DNA from: Leidyana gryllorum EB-2025a
Lineage: Eukaryota; Protista; Apicomplexa
Length of the DNA stretch: 64,000 nt
Direction of reading: 5' to 3'
Assembly (NCBI GenBank): GCA_048772705.1
Contig: JBLWGC010000205.1
Span: 62,001-126,000, forward strand
Shown here piece by piece: positions 9,947 through 21,976 of this stretch. How positions within the stretch are numbered: position 1 is the first letter of the stretch; each line of letters begins with the position of its first letter. The position numbers were made by a program, and so were the translations under genes. The notes beneath the pieces are model-generated. The model did not search any database and was not told where the DNA came from. It saw only the letters and a program-made list of their open reading frames with translations.

Positions 9947-12900
9947 ATGGAAGAATTGTCCTATATACCATTACGCAAACTTCCCACCCACATTATCAGT
10001 AATCCAAACCTCGGACGCGATCTCCTCAACACATACAATCCCGCAACCTCCACTTTCGTACATCGCCTAGCAGCCCTTCAATCCGCTGCAGTCCAACGAA
10101 ATGGCCACTTTGCTGCCAAACTTGCTGCTCACGATACCTCACTACTTATCCGCAAAACTGCCCGCGCTGTCGCCGCCAGATGTGCTGACGCAGACCCCTT
10201 GATGCAACTCGCTGACGCCGCCGGACACTGGGAACGTGCGCATCTACTCAAAGAGCTACGCAAACGAAACAGATTCGATGTACTCGATCGCATACTCGAA
10301 ACATTCCGTAACAGAGGCTGTGTTACAGACTTCTTGGATACTATGCCCTATGGCTCCGCAGCCTACGTGCGAGACGTCTATCCCCTCTATCACGGCTGGA
10401 TGTCAAACAAGACGATGACTAGACTGGCCAAGCTGCATCCCGCGTTTGCAATTAACGCACTCACGAAATTAATTCAAGAGGCGAAGCTCATCGACGACAT
10501 CTTGATGCAGCAGTTTCAAGCCGTCCTGCGCGAAACAGGACGCCGTTTACCGAATGAATGCATTGACTTACTGGCTGCCGTGTGTGCGAAAGTCGATCGC
10601 ACACGTTGGCCGGTCCAGTTTGCCTCTGAACATATCACCGCCAAAGTTTTCCTGGACTGGCTCTTGGAGCATCCGGATTTCTTGAAGGACGATGTAAAGC
10701 TCCGAACCAAGTTTTTGAGCCGCTCAATCAGTGCCACCGACTTTGTGGCTAAGGTTGTTGGGACCCCTAAGATCCTCACCGTAAATACCTGGAGCTCAGT
10801 CCACTCGAAGATCATTCGTCGTATATGGGACGCCTTACCGGCTGAAACTCGGTCGGAGACAGTTTTTGCTGTATCCTTTCTGGACAAGCTGCCCCGCGAA
10901 ATCCGGCGGTCCGTCGCTCTGAACATCATTGCGAGACTCGAGAAGTCCACCGACTTGAAAGAACAGGAGAAAGCTGTGGGATACTACCCGTTATTGAGCT
11001 GGAAAGAGGCTATCGCAGGGTTGGAGGCCGATAAGAAAGTGTCTTGGATGAAGACTGGGAGTGATCTTGGTCGACTGATAGCCAAGTGGCCGGAACATGT
11101 GCGAGAAGGATGGACTCTGATGATTCGGAAGTCGAAGAAATCTATCGAAGTAAACAGCGCTTATCACAATGATCCCTGGAAGGCTGTGCAGCACATCAAG
11201 CCACATCTCATAAGCCGCGACATGGTGCTGCAAGCCCAGAAGCTGTTCACTACAGAGGGTGATCATCGGTATGATTGGAGAAGGACCCAGGCTTTGTTGT
11301 ACCTGCGTGGGCAACTGGTTGTGGACTATCCCGATATCGTGTTGGCTTGGGATCGAGGAGCGTTTGGTCAGCCTGGACAGGACTGGAACATTAAGAGTGG
11401 TCGTACTTTTCGGGAGTCTAATGATGGTGGAGAGGTGGATCTTCGAAAATACTTTAGGTTGACGAAATCTGAGTTCTGCACCATTTTCATCGAGAAAGTT
11501 CGGGCACTCAAAGTGATCAACAGTACTGAACGTTCTTTCCACGGCGTTGACGCCAATATATTCCACCTGATGAGGCAACTGAGTCCTATCGCCGATCAAG
11601 TGCCCGAGCTGCTGGTCGAGATGCTCGAGCTTGTTGAGTGGGACAATATGAGCCCATACTCTTTCCAGTATCAGCTGACGCCGGCAGTGGATGCCTGTGG
11701 GAAGAAATTCTGGCACTTCCTGACCGAGAGGCTCAGCAGCGACATGAGACTGCTCCAGATCCCGAGTCTGGCCGATCGATTGGCTCGAGAAGCGCCAGAC
11801 ACTCTGAACAAATACCTCGAGTTGAAAGGACTGATACCCCCCGAATTGTGCGGGAAGAGTGTCAAGGAGACCGTCTTTATCCCCCACCTGGACCCCTCTA
11901 TCCAGTGCAGGTACTGGTCAGTGAAACAGATGGAAGACTACGCTGCGATGTTGGTGGACTATACCTATAAACTCGAGCAGTTACACACCAAATATGCCGA
12001 AGACAGAGCCCTCAAACGAGCCGAACAGGCGGCCTCCCTCGAAGCTGAGATGGCTGAAGGCAACCTTGACGCCGAGGAGGCTGAGGAGGTCGAAGATGAG
12101 ACGATGGAAGACGGCGGCAGTCAGGAGGACGAGGCAATGGCAGAAGGCGAGGAAGATTCTCCCTCTCCATCTCCTTCTAATGACCCCAATGCGATCAAAG
12201 TTGCTGTCGACCCGAATAATCCTTTTACTTGGACTGAGCGTGAACGATATACATTGGGACAGGGGCTGCAGCAGATGATGGAGTGTTTGGCAAAGCTCCC
12301 CGTGTGGGACCCGTATACATTGAAACCGTACATTGACCGGACTCTGGAAGGTACTGAGATGTATCTCATCCGCGAAATCATCAAGTCGTTCGGGAAGATC
12401 GACAACGTCAGTGGGAGGATGATTCTGCAGGAGTATTTGTTAGGCGACCAGGCGCGAATTGCGATTTATGCCATTCGACCTGCTATCAAATCAATGAGGA
12501 AACAAGAGCTTCTGGAGATGTGTAGACAATTAGCCTGGAAGGGTGTGTCGGTGGCCAAAGAGGTGGTGCGTCTGATGGGTGTGGCTCAGCTCACCGAAGC
12601 GCGGGACGAACTAATCTCGAGCTTCCGCAGTGTCGAAGAGGGCAAAAAGATGCACAGAGACGTGCGGATGGCTGTCGTTCGGGCAATGTGGGACTACTTG
12701 TCAGACGAAACCACTTGGGACTTTCTCGACTCCACCCTCAACGACGCCGATATGCGTGTGACTCGCAAAGTCTGTTGGGTCACAACTCACGATGTGCCCC
12801 CATTCTGCATCCAGCGACTCCTAAACTATATCTTCGCGGTCCTCGGGAAAGGCGATATCAAGTTGGTGTCGGGTGTGATGCAACGACTCGCCGAGCGACC

Positions 12901-13787
12901 TATAATGGACATGTCGGGTCAGCTGGTCGGCCGACTGATAGAACACATCGACATCAAAGACGATGGGGCCAGAAATAACTGTCAGAATGCATTGCGTCAG
13001 GCCATGATGCGACTCGAACCGGCCGTTCGCGACGCTTTGGTGAACGATATGTACGAAAGAAGTCTGGAAACAGAGGAGAAAATGGCGAGTATGTGCACCT
13101 TCCTCAAGACTTGGCGATGGATACAAGGCGACAAGGACGAAACCGAGAAGGCGGTCATGCGCTACTTGAAAATGCTCCAGAGGTTCCCGGCTGGCGAACT
13201 CAAAGCGCCAGAGCTCCTCACCGTGATGCAGGACACCACCGCTATTCTGGACTACTTGGATGACCTACGCGCCCGAAACCCCTCGGTGTACCGCTATGTG
13301 GTGTGGAAGCTTGAGCTGCCAAGGTCGTCCAAAGACCGTCTACGGATGTTCCATATGGCCCGCGATCGACAACAGACGCGCCAGCAGAAGCAGCAACAGC
13401 AACAGTCCTCTCCCACCGCTTACGAAGACGAAGCTTTGGTACATTTCCGGCTGTTCCACCTACTGGCATTGGACAATAACGGAGAAACGAAGCTGAAGAA
13501 CACAGCAGAGCTCCTGGAGGAGTATCAAAACATGACTAACTGCCCAGCAATCCAAACATTAGCAATGTTGATTCAAGGTGAGCTCGGGAATTTGGTGGTT
13601 TGGGGGCAGTTTGCTTTGGTTTGGTTCGGTTCGGTTTGGCTTGGTTTGTCTGTGTGCATCGGTTGTTGTGCAACTGAACGGTGTTGCTTTGCGGTTGTGC
13701 ATGATGCAACGTGTGTGTGGCGTGTTTGAAACCCTAGTTGTAGTGTGTGAGGATGAGAAGACTGATGGCGATGAGGAGATGGTTGAG
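9947..13787 (+). CDS. Large alpha-helical (HEAT/ARM-like) hypothetical protein, about 1200 aa; 3' end unresolved
   Basis: Single 3.6-kb exon from ATG 9947 to a donor at 13578, plus a small acidic exon at about 13744-13787. Helical-repeat-like segments GDQARIAIYAIR, VSVAKEVVRLMG and MHRDVRMAVVRAMW. Confidence 0.7.
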
Positions 13788-14277
13788 GTAATATTGGGTG
13801 CTGAGAGCGCGTCAGCTCGAAAGCGGCGTCGAGCGTTGGGGGGTTATCGGAGGATACGGACAGGTTTGCCGTGTCCGAGCCATGTGGTCAGCCGGGTGCG
13901 AGCTCTGCGAAAGCGCGCGTTGCTTTGCAGTGAGTAGTAGTTGTTTTTGGTGTGCAGGGGCACTCGCGGGTGAAGGGGAGTGAATAGGATGGTTTTGTTT
14001 GGGATTGATTGATTGTTGGTGGGCAACTAACTGATAGTTAAGTATGTCTCTTGTGGGCAGCTCAAGGAGGCATCGGAATTAAAGTCCCTTTCATGTCTGC
14101 TTCCCCCTACGACGCTACCGCAAAGAGCCCCAGTTCCGTAAGTGGGGAGTTATCCGATAGTGCAGGGAGCAGAGCAGCCGATCTACTTAGGGAGCGGATC
14201 TGTTTACTTATAATATTCTTTATGGATCTGTTTCTTTGTAGGAGGAAGCTAAAGCAGCACCCGGAGCCAAACGGAGA

Positions 14278-17083
14278 ATGCTGAACGATCGCTCCGGGTT
14301 TCCGGTCGGGACCAACACCGGTTCTTCCGACCGACGACACTGGCAAACGGACAACACAGATTCACCTACCACTCACTGCGCTCGCAACGACCTCCCGCCG
14401 CAGCCGCATCCTGAGGAAGAATTTTCCCGCTCTGGTGAAGCGATGAAACAGGAGCACACAGACAATCACCACCGAATCGGAGGTAAACCCGCACCAATCA
14501 CCCTCACATCCTCCCCCACGCACCTACAAACTCCCAAATTCATCCTCAGGTCGGGTACTGCTGCTACGCAATTTATCGCAAGCAGTGGTGGAACATGACG
14601 TTGAGACTTTCGTGTCACCCTTTACTCGTTCTGCCAACCCAAAGATATATCTCCAGTTCGCTGCTGGCCAGGCCTTTGTCGAATTCGGGGTAAGTTCGGA
14701 TCCCAAATCGGAGTCCGTGCCAGCAGGCTGTGTCACCACACTGTGTCCACACAGTGTGGGGGGCGTGTGGCCTGTGCGAAGTGTGTAAAACAGTGTGCGA
14801 CACCATCTCAACCGATGGAGGGGCCGGTATACCCTTTTCAGAGCACTCTCGGAGCACTTTGGCCCGCCCCGACACTTTCCCATGTCTGTTTCACCAGGCC
14901 TTGCGCCGTTCCTGGTTCAGATCGTTTGAAATGGATGTTTTTGCAGACGCCTCAGGAAGCGAGCGACGCTTACCGCTACTTCAAAGCGCATCCTACGAGT
15001 CTGAAGAGTCAGACGGTCCAGGTTTTCTTCTCCGACCGCGAGTCGGTCACCGCACCCGATGAGAAGAACACAAACTTCCGAGTCTTGCTGGCCACTGTGA
15101 CCAATCTTATGTATCCTGTTGACATTGAGCTGCTTCGGTTCCTCTTTACCCGTTTCGGCCGGGTGCAGAAAGTGAGTCACCGACCCGACAAGCCTTCGAT
15201 TCCACACCCGTGTGTTCAGATAATTTCGTTCTCGAAAGCGAATTCCGCTTCGACATTCCAAGCATTGGTGCAGATGGCTGACCCGCAAATGGCTATGGAC
15301 GCACTCAAGGAACTGCACGGCCGTAATATCTATGACGGATGCAATACGCTCCAGGTACTCTTTGAGATTGTTTGTTTCTCCCATCTCTCTGGCCAGATCC
15401 AACCAAGCCGGCTACCCGAACTGGTCGTTCGGGTGAACAACAGCCGAGCCTGGGATTACACTGTTGCGCCGGAAGGTAGGCTAGGGCTGAGACGGGTGTG
15501 GAAAGTGGACTGCAGGTGTACCTCCTCGTGCTGCAAGTAGTTCGGCCGATGGCCCGAAGTCTAGAACGGTGAGTAATCAGATGCCGTCTCCGGTCTTCTT
15601 TGGCGATATGAAACCCTTTCTTAGTCGCCACACGTTGTACCCCGTGGTGTACCTGATGAAAATCAGATGCCACAGGGTAACAGCAATAATATCGCTGCGC
15701 GTTGCAACAGGTAACTTTGCACTGAGTGTGTGTTCCCCTCATATCCCAGTGTCAGTCCTGGGTTTCACAAAGTACTCGGGATGGCCCGCCTTCCCCGCGA
15801 AGCACGGGAATGGAAGGCGGCATTGCTCGCGCAGTCGGTTATCCCTTCTCCTGTCTTGATAGTCTACAATCTCACTCCTAATGTGGTCACTGTTACTGAG
15901 CTCTTCAATGTCTTTTCACTCTACGGCGTGCTCTTGAGGATCAAAATTCTTCGCGACAAGCCTCACACGGCTCTACTCCAATATTCTGACCCTCTGTACG
16001 CTTCGCTTGCTGCCCATTTCTTGCAGGTAAGCCCACTTTTCTCACTAGTCCCGCCAATTTACTCTTATCAGGGAGCTGCGTTATTTGATGTGGATCCTGG
16101 AATGCAGATCGGTTTCTCTCGCAACGCTGAAGTCAAGTAAGTCTAATCACCGATGTGTGTGTGTGTGTGAGTGTGTGTGTGTGAGTGTGTGTGTGTGAGT
16201 GTGTGTGTGTGAGTGTGTGTGTGTGAGTGTGTGTGTGTGAGTGTGAGTGTGTGAGTGTCTCTCTCCCTGTCCTTTGTCTGACTCTGTTAGCGCTGAGTTT
16301 CGTTTGCCAACACTCACTTTCCATTGCAGACTCTCCTCGACTGTTGGCCCTGACACACTCCGACGAACTCGAGCGTTCCATCCGCAGGAGCAACGGTACA
16401 ATGTGACCGACTATTCCACTCCCGACCTTGTGAGTTCCCAGTAGTGGATAACTCAATCAGACTTTCTGCTCCGCAGCCCAATGAAGTCGAGAAGTTCATT
16501 AGGGCCGCTTGTCCACCCACCTGCACCCTATTTATAGCAAATTTGCGGGAAAACGTGGAAGGTGAGTCAGCACTCTGCGTGTGGGTGTGTGGAGTGTGGA
16601 GTGTGGAGGTGTGTGCTCCACACCCCCACACGCCTCCACACACCAACTGCCACACATCGACTTGAACATGAAACGATTGATTGATGCAGAATTCGAGATT
16701 CGGGAGCTTGTTGGTCAGTATGGGACTATTACTAAGGTTCAGCTCAAAGCTCCAACGGACGGTTCACGACGGCGTTACGCCATGGTGGAAATGGCCTCGC
16801 GCCACGAGGTGAGTTTGATTATGGTTACCGTTATCGCTCGCTTGACTATTAGGCATTATACGCTTTGGCTCACCTTCACAACTCGGCCGTGGACGGACAG
16901 AACATTAAGGTGGCATTCTCGAAGGTAGTGATCTCTGACAATGGAAGTGGTGCGGGAGAGAGTCCGGAAGGGCGTCCCGCGTCCCCAAGCATCCAGGGTC
17001 AGCAGAGTGGAGAGGATAGTTTAGCGGTGCCGGCGGAGAAGCCTGAGCACCTTACGGCAGACGAAGCGACGACTTCGGCTTAG
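14278..17083 (+). CDS. PTB: Polypyrimidine tract-binding protein / hnRNP L family, 4 RRMs, multi-exon
   Basis: RRM1 GRVLLLRNL...QAFVEF. RRM2 VLLATVTNLMYPV...FQALVQ...GRNIYDGCNTLQI. RRM3 SPVLIVYNL...LFNVFSLYG..RIKIL. RRM4 PPTCTLFIANL. Start codon uncertain (14278 or 14443). Confidence 0.88.
16154..16258. repeat. (TG)n/TGAG intronic microsatellite
   Basis: About 105 nt of gtgtgtgtga repeats inside a PTB intron. Confidence 0.95.
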
Positions 17084-17416
17084 ATTGGCCTGCGACATCG
17101 GCGTCTCTGCCTTGACCTCATCACTTACTCACTTACTCACTCTTTCACACTTGGTCTTGTTACACCTGCCACATTACATCACATCACTCACACCATCACA
17201 CCACCTTCACACCTCTCTTCTGAATCTTTCGCTCGCTCGCTCGCTCCTGACCCGCTTTCCCCACATATCGCTGGCTGAACGAATTCCTCGCTCGCTCGCT
17301 TCCTCTAGTTGTCTACACAGCTGTGTGTTTAGCCCCCACGCACTATGGCCGGCGTTCACATCCCAGGCAGCAGTTAATCAAAACAGTTTTCTCTCTTCTT
17401 CGGGGGGCGTAGGTAG

Positions 17417-20400
17417 ATGGACAGAGGTCCTTCTCCCCCGAACAAGCGTTCGAGACGACCTGCGGGTGGCGTCAGTTGTCACCAAGCAACCATCTTGTCG
17501 AGTCTGCAATACATTCTCGATGTCGCTCGCACCTCTGTGGTTGTCCTCGGGTCGGGCGCTCCCATATCGGCCAGCGCCCAGCCCCAGCCGCCGCGTCCCA
17601 CACCCGCCAGTATCATAGAGTGGTGCGCGCGCAGTGCAGATCGACCTTTCACTCACGCAGCGTCCTACCGCCGCTTCCTCCCGAGTGATCTGTTGCCGTG
17701 GACTCCTCATCATGCGAACCATCCGAACCCTTCCTCCGCCGCGGCTGTCAGGAACACGCACAGAGCCTCTATAGTCTCGACGGTTACCGAATACACACCC
17801 AAGTTCCGATCGCCCTGGCCCCACCCAACTCGCACCCGCTTCTGTATCGAGCTCCACGCTCGCCGAGCTCTATTCACGTGTCTCCGAGAAGGTTTCTCCG
17901 CCACACAGTCTCTCTTCCGAGCTTTAGAGTGCTCCTCCCTCCTTTATCAAGCCTACTTTGTACAAAGAGATCGTCCGCATCTTGAGGGCCTCGAACTCTG
18001 GAGGCGCTACTGCCAAGCCTATGGCGCCGGCCTGGAACGCGCGTGCCAGAAATGTAATCAGGACTGCTGGCGCTTGGGACTGGAAGCCCTTATCGATCTT
18101 AAGGCCATTGTCATACCCAATGCCAACCCGGCTGCCAACACTCAAGATCTATATAATCAACTCATGAACTGTCCTGATGGATCTCCCAACATGCCCTCAC
18201 CCGCATTTCAAATCGCATACCTCTTCCTTATATGCCCCATCGTCACTAGAGACACAATGGCCAAATTCCTCGGAGGACATGGACCCAACTCCCTCAATCT
18301 GGTCAACTCAGCTACTCTTCACCTAGCCGACCTCCTAGATTTCCAAGGAATGGATGTTGGTGCAGCTGTCCGGTGAGCATCCGAGCATCGCTGATTATGG
18401 GGGTGTGTCAATGGGAGTGTGTCAATGGGTGTGTCAGTGGGAGTGTGTCAATGGGTGTGTGAACCCGTGACACGGGTGTGCCAGTGGCACGATTGTCAAA
18501 ATTCGTCTGTGTTTCGGTTACTGGTCTCACTCACGGTGGCAGGTTTTATGCTGCGCACGTTCCTATATCGGGAGAATCGCAGGTCATCTATCGGTGTCTG
18601 GATGCCTTTGCTCGCTCGTAAGTGTGACGGCCTCTGATTGGTCGCCGAGGAGTCAAATTAGTAGACAGATTTACGAGTGCGCGGTTGCGGGAGACTTGTA
18701 TGGAGCTGAGGTCGTTCGGCGTCAGCGTTCGCGTTACATTGAGTTCTCTTCTAGCGGATAAAAGTGAGCAACGACTGGAAAAGGTGCCCGATGCCAACAT
18801 ACCTCGCGAGTGGGCGGTGGCACGAGATCTGCAGCAACAACAGCAGCCTATGTAAGCTGAATGGTAGGATCTGTCCAACGCGATCCAGGAGTCGGTCAGG
18901 CCGAATACTCAAACGACTCAAGCTGCAGGGGGGGAGCAGTGGTCGTGACAACTCTTCAGGGACATCTGTCACTTCGGCAACGACTATATTGAATCCATCT
19001 GATATGCCTGTGTACTCAGCGGTGGTTAAACAAGCCCCCGAGGAGACCGGCGGCCAACGCAAAAAGTCCCACTGGTTCCGACGACGGCTGTTGAGTTTCG
19101 GCTCCAGACATGATGATGAGGAACGCGCGACTGAGGGTGTAAGTGACTGTGGCAGCCCTGCGGCTGCTGCCGGGAGGGGCCGTCGAATGGAGATTCCCAT
19201 GAATATGGATCACACCAGTCAAGAGCACGCCATCAGTCCAGCGCTGGAATCGGCTTCAGTCTCAGGGGGCTACGTAACTTGCCGCCACGGGCGCTTGCTG
19301 ATGCGCGATAGCGACATCGAGGGTTTCACAGACGGCATTCTGGTGATCGCTTACGCTTTGGTCATGTTGAACACCTCACGTCATAATGAGGTGTTGATCA
19401 AGAAGCGGAATGCTCAGATCACCAAGCCGAGCTTCAAGCAGATGATCGCGGCAGCCACCAAACTGCGGGTGAGTCCGGGGTTACTGGACAGCTGGTTCGC
19501 CACCTTCTGCGCCTCACCAATGGAAGCCGCTCTTAATCCTCTGTCCGAAGTAAGCGAGTTGCAAATGGCGGGATCATCTCATCGATCGGCTCTGAACCAC
19601 AACTTCAGTTCTATAAGCACAAGGATTTACAGCATCATTTACACGCGTTGAAACATGCAGATCTTGGCCGGTTGGCCTCCACGCCACCAGGTGAACATAC
19701 AATATGCAGGCACACACGTGTGTGCTTCAGCTATTTCTGTGCGCTTGTGTGGTCAAAAGCGGTCACATGCTCGTTACATGTGGGTGGACAGCCGTACTGA
19801 AGCTCTGAGTTGGGCAGGGGTGTTGCACGGTGTCATGTCTCCCAGCTCCAAGCCTGATACACTGGAGCAACTAGTTACTAAGACGAGTGGCCTCGAGCAC
19901 GATCCTGATGAAAAGTGAGGCTACTTGGTGACTCCTCGGTGACATGAGTTTTGTTTGACAGTTCGGTCACCGAAGGCTTTACGACTCCTCGTCCGGCTCA
20001 CACGCGGACACAAACCGCAACACCACAAACTACTGCGTCGACGCCACGCAGTCTGAATGTATCTCATTCTCGTCATCCCACAGCCCCTACAATTAACCGA
20101 CAAAAGTCTCCGAAGCGGAGCACTGACATACGCGCAGTGGAGCTGTCCAGTGTCGCTGCGTTTGCGATTGTAAGAAAGGAATGGGTGGCTTTGATCGGAC
20201 TGGTTGGTTTATACGATAGATTCCCGTCACATACTTACGGCATTTGTCTGCAACATGTTACGAGGAAGGCGAAGTTGTTTCCGCGATGCCACGAGCTCTG
20301 GTGGTAGTACAGCGAGAGGGCCTCAATCACTACACGAGCCTTCTTCAAGTCGTGCATGAAGGGGACGAGTCGGTGGAAATGACGCTGACCAGTCTGCCCG

Positions 20401-21976
20401 AAGCAGAGGTCAATAGTTGGTGCACATACTTCCGGCAGTGAGTGCCGGCATTGTTGGCAGCAATGTTTGTTGGACAGACTGGTTTCACTGAATGCGGCTA
20501 AGAGGGCTGCGGCGAAGCCGATGAATCCGACCTTGCCAGTTGACTGGGATGTATGGCAAAAAGTGGCCGAGTCCCTATTGACAGGGTGGCGAGAAGCCCG
20601 GAAATTGATCAGATCGCAGATCCGCGAGCAGGTACACGATAGTCAAGGTGCCGAAGCCTGGCGGTGAGTTGTTCAGGCGGGTTCCACGGACTTGATTGGT
20701 TCGACCCCTCCTGTAGCCTCTTAGAAGTCTTGGCAATGTTATTGGGCAAATCTAAACGAGTCCGCGCTTGGGACGTCCTCATGACTCCTGATTTCCGGTC
20801 TGATCTGATGAGAGAAGTCTACCACACCCCCGAAAAGGCGGCAGCCGATCCTGCCTATGACCTAATTCACCAAATGGTGAGACAGAGGCGAGACGACCAG
20901 TTCGGCCTGAATGGGGCGAACGGTACCGCGCAAACCTTTGACCATTGACCATTGACCTTTGACCTTTGACCATTGACCTTTGACCTTTGACCTTTGACTT
21001 CCAACCTTCAACCTTCAACCTCCCACCTCCCACCCCACTCCCACTCGCAGTTCACTTCCTCTCCTCCCCGCAGGCAGTCGAAACAGCGCAGCACTATCCG
21101 TTATTGTGGGTTCCATTACGGTCTGCGTGTCGATTTGGAGAGCGGATGATGAGTCCGGTGGAGATGGCGCGTGCATTGGACGCGAGCGGAGGAGTGGAGG
21201 TCGCTATGAGTCGGGGTGACGGTTTGGATGTGGCCAAAGGGACGACGGTGGCCGAGTTTATTCCGACTGGCGGTAAACGGAGCGGTGTGAAAATTGTGGA
21301 GCGGCGCTCGTTGACGGCGAGCAATGGGAAACATCACAGCTCCTCTTCTTCGGTACCGAAATTGAGGGAGAACACCATGTCGTGCATGGCGGCTTGTGTT
21401 CGAGTGGAGGCTTTTCTGCTGCGTCATGGGATGCTGGCGGTGCCGCGAGAGGCTCACTTGCAGCTGTTGGGATGGCTGAGTTTGTTTCTTCCGTTCCAGC
21501 GTGACATTGGATTAGTTGTGGCCGCGGCGGTGTTGGTGGCTCTGGACGAGCAGGCGGATGAGCTCACCGAACACTACGACTTTAGCGATCTCAACAACGG
21601 GACCGATCGATTGTTGACCTACATACCATTGAATGTAAGTACATTGAAATGTGTGTTTGTGTCCGTGTTGGGGTGTCGAGTGACTGTGTGTGTGTATACT
21701 TAGGCTGCGCATTGGCGGGAAATAGGGTTTGACGTGTGGGTGAGTATTGTATCGTGGTACCGGAGTGGGTTTGCTGCGGGTTTACCCGTGTCGATGGTGT
21801 GCGAGTGGCTGTGCAAGGCGGCATACGAGGGTTTCGAGGAGGTCGGATTGAGGATAGTGTGGCACCGAACAATGCAAGATAGTGCAGTGCTGCTGGGTCA
21901 TCAGGACCTCGTAGTTTCTTACTCCTTTCACAGACCGCGGATTGTGGAGCGAGGAGAAATTTTACTGGCAAGATGA
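17417..21976 (+). CDS. Sec7-domain ARF-GEF-like protein with a C-terminal TBC (Rab-GAP)-like segment, multi-exon
   Basis: Sec7 motifs LDFQGMDVGAAVR|FYAAHVPISGESQVIYRCLDAFAR (glutamic finger) and DGILVIAYALVMLNTSRHN. The last exon HWREIGFDVWVSIVSWYRSGFAAGLPVSMVCEWLCKAAYEG resembles the TBC C-terminal subdomain. It could be two genes. Confidence 0.65.
20935..21020. repeat. 7-bp tandem repeat (T/A)TTGACC decaying to TTCAACC, intronic
   Basis: acctttgaccattgaccattgacctttgacctttgacc... is directly visible. Confidence 0.9.

Noticed and set aside
20935-21020. 7-bp repeat as interstitial telomere
   Set aside because: The unit TTTGACC does not match TTAGGG/TTTAGGG-type repeats and sits inside an intron.
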